Origin: Octopus vulgaris | Taxonomy: Eukaryota | NCBI GenBank assembly: GCA_951406725.2 | Contig: OX597821.1 | Span: forward strand, 45,446,001-45,510,000 | Reading direction: 5' to 3' | Length of the DNA: 64,000 nucleotides | In this document: positions 41,150 to 54,307 of the stretch, in pieces | Layout of the letters: every line of letters starts with the position of its first letter | Numbering within the stretch: position 1 is the stretch's first letter | The notes under the pieces: model-generated | What the model was told of the DNA's origin: nothing | What the model saw: the letters and a program-made list of their open reading frames with translations, nothing else | Databases searched by the model: none | Position numbers and translations under genes: made by a program

Positions 41150-41697
41150 TGAAGTACGCTCGCAAATTAATACTACCAAAACTTAGCGACAGAAAGTAAA
41201 TTAAAAACTAATTTTAATTTATAAAATATAGAATGGAATGTACTTCGAAAAATCATAGGTAAATTCCCATTGAATAAATTGTGTGAGGAGTAAATCGTTA
41301 TGTATTTATTTGTTTCTGTTTCCTGTGTATTTTTTTGAGTAGTGGTTGAAGGTACACTTGCAAAGAGAAAGTAGGAGAAAGTGTGGTAATAGAAGGAGTG
41401 AAGCAGTTGAAATTAGAGAGGCAAATCGTTACACTTGCAAAGAGAAAGTAGGAGAAAGTGTGGTAATAGAAGGAGTGAAGCTGTTGAAATTAGAGAGGCA
41501 AATTGTAAAATATTTAGTTTTCTCGAATTTTTGCTTAATTGGGGGTCAAATTGAAAAAACTTTATATGCCATGACCCAATCGAATCTACTTCGAAAAATC
41601 ATAGGTAAATTCCAATTGAAGAAATTCTATATTGTACAATTGTATTAAAAACAAGCTATGTGAGAGGCAGAGAAAATCTGCCTTTAATCATAAGAGA
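41150..41697 (-). mobile_element. Possible truncated Helitron-like element with an internal direct duplication of about 74 bp
   Basis: Minus 5' end A|TCtcttatgattaaaggcag with hairpin aggcag..ctgcct. Duplication at about 41353-41426 and 41430-41503. No CTAG end seen. Confidence 0.4.
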
Positions 41698-41809
41698 TTA
41701 CAATCTATCCACAATAATTGCTGAGTATGAAGCATCATACAGATACATATGTCTGACTGTATTTCTTTTGCATGAGACTATCAATGCTTTTGGTTAGCTA
41801 GATAAACAA

Positions 41810-42745
41810 ACCAGTGGTCTAGATAAATATATTAATACAGTGGTCTAATTAGAAATACAAATACAGTGGTCTAGATAAACATATTAATACAATGGGTTAA
41901 TTAATATAGTGGCCTAATTAGATATAGTAATACAATAGTCTAATTAAATATACTAATACAGTGCTCCTAATTAAACATACTAATTCAGTGGTCTAATTAA
42001 ATATACTAATAGAGTTGTGTGAATAAATATATTGGTTTCAAATTTTGGCACAAGGCCATCAATTTCAGAGGCAGGACCAGGTCAATCAAATCGACCCTAT
42101 TGCTCAACTGGTACTTATTTTATCGACCCCAAAGGGATGAAAGGTAAAGTCGGCCTTGATTGCATTTGAACTCAAAATGTGAAGATGGACGAAATGCTGC
42201 TAAACATTTTTCCGAGCACTAACAATTCTGTTAGCTCTTTACCTTTAGTGTGGATAAATATATTAATACAGTGGTCCAATTAAAATATTAATACAGTGGT
42301 CTAATTAAATATACTAACACAGTGGTACAAATTAAAACACAAATAGAACACTAATTAAATACACAATTACAGTGGTCTAATTAAATGCACTAATAATAAT
42401 AATGATAATGTTCGTCCTTCGGGTTCGAAGATGACCACTGACATCATCTGGTGGAACTGCCGCTATGAGACCGGAGGTGGCTGGTGAGGCCAATCCGGGC
42501 AAGGAAGCCCCTCCCACAGGTGGGGCAGAAGTGGGTAGGGGCCGTGCTACTGGTGCAGGCGGCTCTGGCTTTCCGCATCTGGCGTTTCTGCTCTGCTGAC
42601 CGAATCCGTCCCTCCTCGGCTGTCCCTGCTCCTGTGGTGATTGTGCTGCGCCAGGATGATGCACTAATACAGTGATCTATTTAAACATACTTATACAGTG
42701 GTCTACTAAATGCACTAATGCAGCAGCTTAGATATATAGTCTAAT
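41810..42745. repeat. Minisatellite, unit about 26 bp (aatacagtggtctaattaaatatact), interrupted by two retroposons
   Basis: Unit repeats on both sides of a SINE B (about 42033-42245) and an RTE 3' end. Confidence 0.85.
42396..42658 (-). mobile_element. 5'-truncated RTE LINE 3' end with C2H2 finger and (ATT)n tail
   Basis: Minus frame CPTCGRGFLARIGLTSHLRSH. Candidate TSD atgcactaata at 42385-42395 and 42659-42669. Confidence 0.85.
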
Positions 42746-43345
42746 AGTTTGGTTATATTAATTAAGTATATTTTGATGTCAATAAATAAACTGATACTTT
42801 GGTGTCTATTAAAAGCTAATAATTTGGTGTTGATAAATAAGTTATATCTGCTAAATGCCATGGAACTGGGGTACAGCACTATTTGGGTATATATTGGATA
42901 TTTGTCAGTTTGTGTATTACTTTATATATCCTGGATACAGAAACATGTATTTCATATCATGATTCAGATCTGAATTGTATGTGAATCAAGCAGTTACTCC
43001 TTTTTTGAGTCTCTGCAGAAACAGTATCACTTTATAATTGTAATGTGCCAGAGAAACGTCACAACATCCTATTTCAAATTTATCTATATATTTATCTATA
43101 TGATTGCCTTAAGATCTATATGATTGTTTAAGATCTAATTAATCATTTTTCCTGACAGGCTACAGGTTTTTGGTGTCTGAGAATTAAGCAGACAGGAAAC
43201 TTATTGGGTTGTCCCATAAACTATGCAGTTTTTTCACTTGCATGAACTAAAAGTCCCACACCTCTCTCTGTAAAACATCATTGTTAAACACAACAACAAC
43301 AACAATAATAATAATAATAGTAGTAATAATAATGATTAAAATAAC

Positions 43346-43785
43346 GATTTCAAATTTTGTCCCAAGGGCAGCTTGAGGGAGGGCATTAAGGCAATTAAAT
43401 CAACCCCAGTGTTCAACTGTTACTTGTTTTATTTACCCCAAAAGGATGAAAGGCAAAATTGACCTCAGCAGAATTTGAACTCAGAATGTTGTGACAGGCG
43501 AAATGCTGCTAAGCATTTCATCCAGCATGCTAACAATTCTGCCAGCTTAGCACTTTAATAAAAATAACAACAATAATAATAATGGTTTCAAGCTTTTCCA
43601 CAAGAGCAGCCACTTTGGGGAAGGAGACAAGTCGATTAGATAGAACCCCTCCACCCTCAGTGTTTCACCCAGTGTATTGCCTCAAAAGGATGAAAGGCAG
43701 AATTTGAACTCAGAATGTATCAATGAGCGAAATATCACTAAACATTTTGTCTAGTGTGCTAATGATTCTGCCAGATCGCCGCCTT
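43346..43785 (-). mobile_element. Two tandem SINE family B copies in (AAT)n
   Basis: Copies at about 43346-43555 and 43583-43785. Confidence 0.8.
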
Positions 43786-44241
43786 AATAATGATAATAAC
43801 AACAACAATAATAATAATAATAATAATAATAACAATAATAATAACAACAACAACGACTGATTACCATATTAAACTCACATTGAAGGTGATGGAGGTGGGG
43901 CTAGTTCAGTTTTGCTTTATTGGTTCAAGTTTTGCCAGTGTTAACTAGATCTTTTATCTCTTCAGAGTTGCTTACGTAGGTATCAATAATATATTATTAG
44001 TGTTGATTAAATCAACTACAACCAACCCCCATATGATTCAAGAAGAAAGTATACTAAACTTTTGCAATTTAGAGAATACAAAATTAAGTAATCTTCAAAT
44101 CATTCTTCAGCTTTCATAAATAAACAAGAAACAAACTTTCATCCTCTAATACAGGAAAATGCAGGAGTAAAATTCCTTAAAAATAGAATTTTAATTTTTT
44201 TTCTTCTGTTAGTAATGAAATATTTTTCTTGTTTCATACAG

Positions 44242-44390
44242 GGTTCTGACTCAGGAGACAGCAGCTCTACAAGTGCAAGTCGTAAAGGTTCAACAAACAA
44301 GAAGAAGAAAAAAGCTAAAGCTGACACTCGTTCTTTATCAATCTGGAATGTGGACAATGAACCTAACCCTCCCTTAGATTTAGAATTCAG
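44242..44390 (+). CDS. CERKL: CERKL-like exon 8 of window
   Basis: ttcatacag acceptor, AG|gtacag donor. GSDSGDSSSTSASRKGSTNKKKKKAKADTRSLSIWNVDNEPNPPLDLEF contains the WNxD(G)E motif. Phase 0 to 2. Confidence 0.88.
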
Positions 44391-44733
44391 GTACAGTTGA
44401 ACACTTTCCATATTAATTACGTGTGTGACTAACTGTTGTTGTTAAGTTCCAAGTCAGCTCTGATTGAGTCAAGAAGGCCTACAATCAAAGGCAATTCAAG
44501 CTGTGATCATTTAATTTTTTTTTTTAGGGACTACATTATCTAAGGTATGCTTTTCTTTCTCAAGATGTCAGTGTGTGTTCTAAAGGAGATTCAGTTGCTA
44601 TTTCTCGAAAGTCAAGCAGATATGTAGAAGCTCCCTTGTAGACTCATAGTATTTCAGTCGTAGTTTGACCCCAGTTAGCACTAATCCACCAGACCTACCA
44701 ATCAAAAGTATCCATCCATGACTATCTTTAGAC

Positions 44734-45042
44734 CAGTGCTACTAAAAGTGGTGGTCTGTGGATTGGTGCCGGTCCATAAGCCATCAACTGTCAGTATGCT
44801 GCTAGTTTCCAGAAAAGAAAGAAACATTATAAAATGCTTATAAAATACTTATGTAATATTGTATTATTTGTTTACAAAATAAATGTAAGATAAAAAAAAT
44901 TGTTAACTTTTATTATATTCATTATATATATTTTGTTTCCGGTATGAATTAATATTACTAAGAAACATTACCGGTCCCTGCTGACACATGGGGAAAAAAG
45001 AAATTTGCCTGTACCCCACATCAGATAGTTTGAGAAGCACTG
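44734..45042. mobile_element. hAT-type MITE
   Basis: TIR cagtgctactaaaa / tttgagaagcactg; degenerate 8-bp flanks ctttagac / acttagat. Confidence 0.7.
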
Positions 45043-45194
45043 ACTTAGATCACATAACAAATAATTCTTTCTATTTTCATGATGGTAGAATGTGATTCAT
45101 AGGAGAGCTGGCTGTTATTTTTAGCAAGTTGAGTGGATTGTTTTGTATGATTCATTTGCAGAGGCAAAACAGTTGAGAATATAAGGAGGTAGAA

Positions 45195-45408
45195 AGGCAG
45201 TGAGCTGGTAGAATCATTAACAAGCTAGGCAAAATGCTTTGTAGCATTTTATCTGTCTTTATGTTCTGAGTTCAATTTCCACTGAGGTGGACTTTGCCTT
45301 TTATTCCTTTTGCGGTTGATAAAATAAGTAGTAGTTGAACCCTTGGGTTGATGTAATCAACTTACCCCCTCCCCTGAAACTGCTGGCCTTGTACCAAAGT
45401 TTGAAATC
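45195..45408 (+). mobile_element. SINE family B copy with candidate TSD
   Basis: Full family B body flanked by atataaggaggtaga on both sides (about 45179 and 45410). Confidence 0.88.
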
Positions 45409-47039
45409 GATATAAGGAGGTAGACCATTAACTATAATAGCAATGATGTGAAACCTGTAGCAGTCATTTCATTGTTTCTGAGCAGGACACTTTCTTTTGC
45501 ATGACTCAGTTATTTTAGTTGTGAGGAATAGATATCCTATCTTTTTATATCACCTTGCTATACATCCCTCTGACCACTAAATTAATTACAATTATTGCAT
45601 GAGTGCATGTAATTAGAATTTGGTTATAAGTCTAACTACAATTACTGTATAAGTGTATGTAATTAAAATTTATATCCAATTAACTATAAATAGTGCATGG
45701 GTACATGTAATAGCTATCTAAGAATATCTAATAAACTACAATTAATATCAATCATCATCATCACCACCACCACCACCACCACCACCACCATCATGTGTTG
45801 GACAGTTAGACAAGTTCCAAAGAGCTGAAGGAACTCATCTTGCTTGAATGTCTTGGTTTTGGCATGATTTGTATGGTTGCTGTCCTAATAGCAATCACTT
45901 TATAAAGTGTTCTGGTTTTTCATGCCATCACTCTAATGAGGTTGCTTTGTATCTTGCAGGACAATCCTTGCCAAAGAGGGGGGAACAGAGAATAAAGCAA
46001 TTGCCTTATTTGAGGTGCTGAAAGTCAAAGTATGATGGGAGGAATTGTGGCTGGTTTGTTGTGGAGGAGATGCATGACTACTTTTTATTTTTTTAGATGG
46101 GTGAGAGTGTCTGGAATGGTCCTACAAAGAGCGGTAAATGTAAAGGTGACAAGGTGCCAGATTATACCCTCAATGTGACATGTCCAAGAATATGATTAGA
46201 AGAGAGTATGGATACAGGAGAATCAGCAGGGATTGGTAAAGCTGCAAAAATGTGAAGGGAAAGTGAGAGATGGATATAAGCATGGGATGTTGTTGGTTAG
46301 ATGTATATAGGATAGGAATGGTGTGAATGATGAACAGAGTTGGAAGTTGATTGATGGTAAGTATGAATGGAGAGAACATAAAATTGATGGATGGATGTCA
46401 ATTGGGAATAACTCAACAGAGGAGGAGTGATGACTAGCAACACAGAAATGGTGATAAAGGATTTGTAATAACTGGTTCTAATTTAAGTACTTAGATCAGC
46501 AGAATAATACAGTAGGTAGAAGAGTGATGGGGATTGAACAATAAGGAGATAAAAGGCAGGGGTTAAGGGTTGCAAGAGTGGGAGTGTAGAGTGAGAGACT
46601 ATTAAAACAAGAGTGTGGTGGGTGGTGGTAAATATGGATGGGATGGATGATATGACTGGTTCTGTGAAAGGACCCATTGACTGAGTGGGGCAAGGGGGAA
46701 GAAAAAAATGCAGTTGTAGATTTGACAAAATTACTAGGTGACCAGACCAGTACATTGTGTACATACACAAACTTTCACAACCTCATTTGAATGTTTTTGC
46801 ATTATGCTATCAGAACTTCAGTCAAGCTGTGCTAGTATGGCTGAGCAGTTCTCAAGAACTGTGTACACAGTTACCATGGTCCTTTGTTATTTCCTCTGAG
46901 GCTCACTGTCCTGAGATCAACCTTTACGACCTTATTCCACATCTTCCTGGGGTTTCCTTTTTCTGTCTACTGTAAATGATTGGCACTTTTTTATACAACC
47001 ATCCATGTTCACATGCATCATATTATCAAATCAATGTAG

Positions 47040-47350
47040 TCATTTAATTGATGATAATTATTGTCTGAGTGTATGTAATAAATAGCTAATTATATCTAAT
47101 TACTGTTGTTTAAGCTCATGTGATAAATATTTATATCTAATTAACAACAAGTACATGTGATAAATATTTATATATAATTAACTATAATTACTGTATGAGT
47201 GCATGTGATAAATATTTACATCTAATTAACCATAACTGCGGTATGAGTTCTTGGGATAAATAATTATCACTGTATGACTGTATGCAATAAATCTCTATGT
47301 ATGTCTAATTAATGATAATCATTGTATGGGTGCATATAATAAATATTCAG
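47040..47350. repeat. Degenerate minisatellite, unit about 40-45 bp
   Basis: tatctaattaactataattactgtatgagtgcatgtgataaata; related array at about 45580-45745. Confidence 0.7.
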
Positions 47351-47469
47351 TAGTATCCACAAAGAAATTGGAGTGACAGAAAACCAGTGTCCTTCAAATA
47401 AAGCCTCTTATGATTTCTTCTGTATTGACTTAGACACTCCCTTATAATTCTAATCCTCAGAAATGGGTA

Positions 47470-47507
<38 letters not shown>

Positions 47508-47656
47508 TGCATGTGTGCATGCGTGATTGTGTGTGTGTCTGTGTATGTGTGTGTGAGTGTGCATGCATGTGCATGTGGGCCTGTGTGTGTATGTGAATAT
47601 ATATACAGTGTGTGTGTATATATGTATATGCATGTGTATGTATGTATGTATGTATG

Positions 47657-47691
<35 letters not shown>

Positions 47692-47694
47692 TGC

Positions 47695-48295
47695 TACCAG
47701 TAAAGTGAGGGTTGGCAATAACTACAAAGATTTCAGGGTATAAGCAGGGGGTTCACCAAGGATCGGTACTCAGCCCCCTCTTGTTCATCATAGTCCTCTA
47801 GGCAATAGCAGATGCCCCTGGGATCTCCTCTATACTGATAACCATGCTCTTATAGCTGAATTACCATCTGAACTTGAGAAGAAGTTCCAGGTATGGGAGC
47901 AGGGTCTAGAATCAAAGGGCCAGTTAACCTTGCAAAAACCAAAGTTTTAGTAAGTAGGAAGGCAGACAAATCACAAATCCCTTCATGTAGATAGCCCTGC
48001 TCAATCTGTAGAAAAGATATAGGTAGAAACTCCATAAGATGCACCCAGTGTAAGCGTTGGACACATAAAAGTTGCAGCAATATCAGAGGAAGGTTAACAG
48101 GGAAACTAGCTTTTGTATGTGGAAGATGCACAGGTACAATAAACACTGAAACTGGGCAGAAAATAGACTCCATCAACTGCCAGAGGGACAAGCTGGAGGT
48201 AGTAGATATCTTCCATTATCTAGGTGACCAAGTTAGTAGTGGAGGTGGATGCTCAAAGGGTGTAGCTGTGAGAATAAGATTAGGATGGACAAAGG
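47695..48295 (+). mobile_element. RTE-like LINE RT fragment with PHD insert
   Basis: GVHQGSVLSPLLFIIVL, then PCSICRK...CTQCKRWTHKSC...VCGRC, then FHYLGD. Confidence 0.85.
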
Positions 48296-49058
48296 GGTAG
48301 AAAAGTGTGAAAAGTAGAATTTAAGAGGTTGATTATAATGACAATTTTAGTAGAACCATCTGAGTTTGCAGCAATTTCCAACAGTCTTGACTTTATTTTG
48401 TTTGTGTCTGATTAAGTTTGAATATATCTTTTTTCAATTCATTTAACACACAGCTTTTGTTTCTAGTCTTTTTACTTGCATACTCTAGAAGAAATATATT
48501 CACTTTTGTATATGTTTAAACTTGGCTTAAATTCTCTTTATATCATTTATAGTCTTTTTATATTTTGTCTCTCATAAGGATGGTTGCTTTGCATCAGTTT
48601 TTGCAAATTTTGTGGTACAGAATGATAATTTCTCAGTAACAGTGTGATTTATACATATAATCTATTGCTTGTTAACAAGGCTGCACAAAAGAGATAAAAA
48701 TAAAGCAATGCCAGTGGTAAATCTGCAAGAATATTCCTTAAAAATGCTTTGTTTCTACTGCAGCTTGTTATGTTATTTAAGAAGTAGATGACATATATGA
48801 TATGATATGATATTTATAGATCAATAACTCACAAAAGTAATTTTCAGTTTCAAGGCACATATATTTAAATGTGATACTGGAAGATAAAACTCAAAATCTT
48901 ACTATTGCTTCAAATTAGTTAGCCTGGGGTTCATATTTTTGTGTATTCTAAAAATCATGTAAAAAATAAATAATTTTACTTGTATCTTGTTGTGAAATGG
49001 AACCCTCAAGCTAGTCAAAATTATATTTTAAATATCTAGTTTTTTTTTTTCTTTTTAG

Positions 49059-49152
49059 AGTTCATCATGCAGTGTTAAAGATTTGTGGAGAAGGAACACT
49101 GAATAGTTTCACGGAAGCAGATGAGCCGAAGATCAGTTGTTTGTTTACTTGA
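49059..49152 (+). CDS. CERKL: CERKL-like terminal coding exon
   Basis: Long T tract plus tag acceptor. (R)VHHAVLKICGEGTLNSFTEADEPKISCLFT-TGA parallels recalled CERK RVHCQLVRLFARG. Confidence 0.88.
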
Positions 49153-49264
49153 ACCATGAAATTTTTGCTTATTCTACAGCAATTCTCAAATTAAAATTTT
49201 GCCAAATATTGATAGAAAAAACAAACAAAAACAACGTAATACTATTGTTCATAACAACTTTTTG

Positions 49265-49366
49265 TTGTGGCTATGTTAACCAACGATTTGTGACTATTAA
49301 CCAACCAATTGTGGCTATGTTAACCAACGATTTGTGACTATTAACCAACCAAGGCTATGTTAACCA
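49265..49366. repeat. 44-bp tandem duplication (about 2.3 copies) in the 3' UTR
   Basis: ttgtggctatgttaaccaacgatttgtgactattaaccaaccaa at 49265 and 49309, then a partial third copy. Confidence 0.9.
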
Positions 49367-49959
49367 TTCCTTTTTGATTACTAAACCAATCAAATATGAC
49401 TGTGTTAATGAGCCTAATACATAATCAGCCGGAAATGGCATATTTGCCATACATATATATTTTACATATATTTATCATATATTTGCCATATATATGAAAA
49501 CAGTTATTTAGATCAGAAAACATTAGAATTCATCTTTTGTGCCTTTTTTTTTTTTTAGAAATATTTGACAAATAAACATATTTCAATTGAATTTGTTGTA
49601 TTATAAATCAGACTAAATTTAAAAAATTATAATTAACAACTGGCAGAATGTGCCAGAACATGGTCCAGCACTAAAAGCAGCTAGGATGCTATAAATATAG
49701 TTCTTTTGTTTGCTTCTTGTACTGAATCTGTGTCCTTCTATGACAGAACCTACAAGAGTCTGACATCTGGTCCCCAAAAAGAAGGGGTCTTTTAATAACA
49801 TAACATCTTCAAAACTAGAAAAAAATTTGCAACGTGTTGATACCACCCATTGCTGGGAAGAATTGGAGAAACAAGGGAGGAAAGACTAAAAAAATAAAGG
49901 AAAGAAAATGGCAACTGAAATTTATTGATACTATAAAGCAATTTAATATTATGACAGAT

Positions 49960-50143
49960 AGGTGAAATGCTTAACGGTATTTTGTCTGTCTTTACATTCT
50001 GAGTTCAAATTCTGCTGCTGTCAACTTTGCCTTTCATCCTTTTTCAGGGTCGATAAATTAAGTACCAGTTGCGTACTGGGGTCGATCTAATCAGCTGTCC
50101 TCTCCCCAAAAATTTTGTGCCGTGTGCTTAGAGTAGAAAAGAA
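49960..50143 (+). mobile_element. 5'-truncated SINE family B in the probable 3' UTR
   Basis: Family B body flanked by the direct repeat aatattatgacagata (about 49945 and 50142). Confidence 0.85.
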
Positions 50144-50797
50144 TATTATGACAGATATAGTGTAAGAAGATGTTATTAAAGTAATTTAATAGTATGAAAG
50201 ATATAGTCTAAGAAGATGTTAGTTAAAAATGGTTTGTCCTTACACCATATAGCTTTTCATAAGAGTTTTTTTAAAAACAAAATAATTTTGCTCTGCCACA
50301 AATATATCAGACATATTTTTTTTCGGAAATAGAGTCCTTTAAGATACATGTGGAATTATGAGATTTCTTTCAAGTCTGAGTATTTTACTTTTGAATAAGG
50401 TATAACGTTTCAAATTTAACATAAGTTAACATACTTAGGTATGTATGTATAGATTTATGTGTGTGTGCTTATGAGTGCAGGTAAATAAATATTCGTCTAA
50501 AAAGTAAATCTGTAGTGTGCACATGCACTTAAATAATGTATATATGTATATACAAGATAAGAAAATGGAGAAATACATCTAAATCAAATATCAATTACCA
50601 GATAATACTCAATCACATACTTTATTAAACCACCACATAAGAGACTGTAGGGTTAAACATAAAAAAAACAGAACAAATCGGTGTACATAAAGGAATGTAC
50701 ATAAAAAAGCGTACATAAAAGAGTAATGTTGTATAATAAGTAGAATATATATAAAAAAAGAATATACATATAAGTAAATATAAATATAAGTATAGAT

Positions 50798-50930
50798 TAT
50801 ATCTTACAGCTGTTTCGGCCATGTAGATAAGTATGTCTCATTTTACCAATATTAGCCTTTTGTGGTAGGTCAATATATAGATATAAATGAGACATTTACA
50901 AAAATATCATAAGGCCTCCTCGGAGATATA
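50798..50930 (-). ncRNA. Type I hammerhead ribozyme-like motif (Penelope minimal type)
   Basis: Minus strand: tatatct CCGAGGA GGCC...GGCC GAAA CAGCTG TA agatata. 7-bp stem I, palindromic stem III; core has C in place of U4. Confidence 0.65.
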
Positions 50931-51986
50931 CATATACATATGAGTGTATATACTCACACTCCTATACATATAAAAATATACATATACATAATAATGTAAA
51001 TAAATAATATAAATTAGTAAACATATATATGTTCCACATTCAATGTTTCAGTTCTTCAACTTAATATTGTGATAATAAACATACACATATTAGTACCTAG
51101 ATGCAAATATACATAGTCAATGGTACATTATATTACCTCCTACTAATTTCCAAAGTGTCATTAAAGTTAGCATCATTATCGTTGTCAATACCATTAATGC
51201 TACCATTATTATCATTCATAATATTATTAATAACGCTTACATTAGGATCCGAAGTGGCACATATGTATGTCCGGGTTCCAGTAAGTAATTTTCCTTATGA
51301 CATAAATACACTATTGGATTTGAATTTAAATTATCATTGTCTTCTTCATGGTTGGTCCGTTGAGAGCCGCCCGACCTCCACCACACCGCACAAGAAAAAC
51401 ATACACATCCAACCCTAAACCCACACGTCCACATAAAAACCCACACACACATGCACACACACATGAATACACCCCGACACCTCCCTACACATTCACTAGA
51501 TTGCAGAGTGCGTGTCTGTCATCGCATGGCTTATAGACAAATCAGTACAGGCAGCAGTGTCTATACACTAACACACACACTCACACGCACATCCGCATAT
51601 ACTCATTAATATTAATACACTCTCATATACTATATCAGGGAACATTCGCACACACATATATACATATTTAAATATATGCCTGCGCACTCATACGTACAAA
51701 TAAAACCTATACTTATATCCACCCATGAATAAATATTTGCATATACATATATACACATATCCAAATACGCACCTGCGTACTCATATGTATAAGAAAAACA
51801 TACATCCGTACATCCACCCACGAACATACCTATATGTACAAAAACATACATACGTACACATACACATTTTCACACACCTCGACACCTCAACCCACATCCA
51901 CTAAATCATAAATTAAAATATATATATATATACATACACACATATATACATATATATATATATATATGTATATATGTGTGTACGTA

Positions 51987-52054
<68 letters not shown>

Positions 52055-52115
52055 CATCCATCCATCCATCCATCCATCCATCCATCCATCCATCCATCCA
52101 TCCATCCATCCATCC

Positions 52116-52208
<93 letters not shown>

Positions 52209-52212
52209 TATA

Positions 52213-52438
52213 TTAGGTTGGTGCATAATTATTGCAGTTGCTTTTCAACAAATTTTATTCAACAAAAACAATAACAATATTTAACAAAATCATCTTTAAA
52301 TGACGATATGACCGTCTGCCAAGCAAATGGGAAGCAGTAATTGAAGTAGATAGTGAATATGCTCCGGAATAATCATTTAAAGATGTTTTTGTTGAATAAA
52401 ATTTGTTGAAAAAAGCTGCAATAATTATGAACCAACCC
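52213..52438. mobile_element. Mariner-derived MITE
   Basis: TIR ttaggttggtgcataattattgcag / ctgcaataattatgaaccaacc with TA flanks; internal LPSKWEAVIEVDSEY* resembles a mariner C-terminus. Confidence 0.85.
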
Positions 52439-52463
52439 TATATATATATAAATATATATATAT

Positions 52464-52494
<31 letters not shown>

Positions 52495-53180
52495 CATGTT
52501 TTAATAGTATTAATTGTAGTTTTATATTTCTTATAATTAAATTAGATAAACTTTGATAAACTTAGATATGTTTCGACTAAAGATTGGTCCAGGCCATGTC
52601 TAATTTAATAGCATGACTTAGTTATTGTCTTTTAAAATTGATATTCGCTAGTTATTCCCATTGATAATTATATTTATAGTATTTATAGTATTTATTCGAT
52701 ACTATATTACTACGAATTGATTATTTCTATAAGTATTTTACATAAGATTTCCGAAAGTTCGTTTAAGTTTGTTTTTTTGTATTTTGAAATTAGCTATTTC
52801 ATCTTTAAATATGAAAAATTAATTTATTAGGTTTTTATATATGTGCATGTATATTTATTTATAGAGATTATTTTAGATCTTAATTATAATATTTATATAC
52901 ATTTATATATTTTCATTGATAATTTATATATAATAGTCATTTTTAAATATTTATGTAATTAGATATAGATTATTACCGATATTAGATTATTGGTGGGTTT
53001 CCTACCTTATAAATTAAAATTAATATTTAACATTATAGTCGATTTTGATATAATCATAATTGTTAAGTTTTATGTCTCTAGTTTGATAATAGAGTTTATT
53101 ATAAGTAAAATTATTATTATATTATTTATATCTTAAAAATATTGTTTAAATATTTCTGATTATTTTTTAAATATTTCAAT

Positions 53181-53275
53181 TAATCTGAAGATTGACTGTA
53201 ACCATAACTTGAATTATTAATTGAATTTAAATTATTGTTATTCGAATTGGTACAGCCATGAAACGATCGTAGTGT
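53181..53275 (+). ncRNA. Degenerate hammerhead ribozyme-like motif
   Basis: CTGAAGA, long stem II (tgactgtaacca/tggtacagcca), GAAA CGATCG TA; stem I weak. Confidence 0.5.
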
Positions 53276-53406
53276 TTTACTCTTTATCTTTTATTAAACT
53301 TTTAATACTTTCGATATATATTTAAAATAATATAAATTAAATTAATTTTTTGTATTGGCTTATGTTTTTCACTGTTTGATTTGCCTAATAGTGGTTTTAT
53401 CTCTAA

Positions 53407-54300
<894 letters not shown>

Positions 54301-54307
54301 TGTGTTT

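Larger units (their letters stand above)
49153..50500 (+). other. Probable 3' UTR with candidate poly(A) signals
   Basis: AU-rich sequence after the stop; AATAAA at about 49571, 49893 and 50484. The true end cannot be fixed from sequence. Confidence 0.4.

Noticed and set aside
42377-42675. GC-rich island as a host exon or horizontally transferred gene
   Set aside because: It is an RTE 3' end with a C2H2 finger, a simple-repeat tail and a candidate TSD.
49051-49060. Alternative acceptor at the second AG (ttttagAG)
   Set aside because: A 2-nt shift would break the conserved RVH frame; the first AG fits phase 2.
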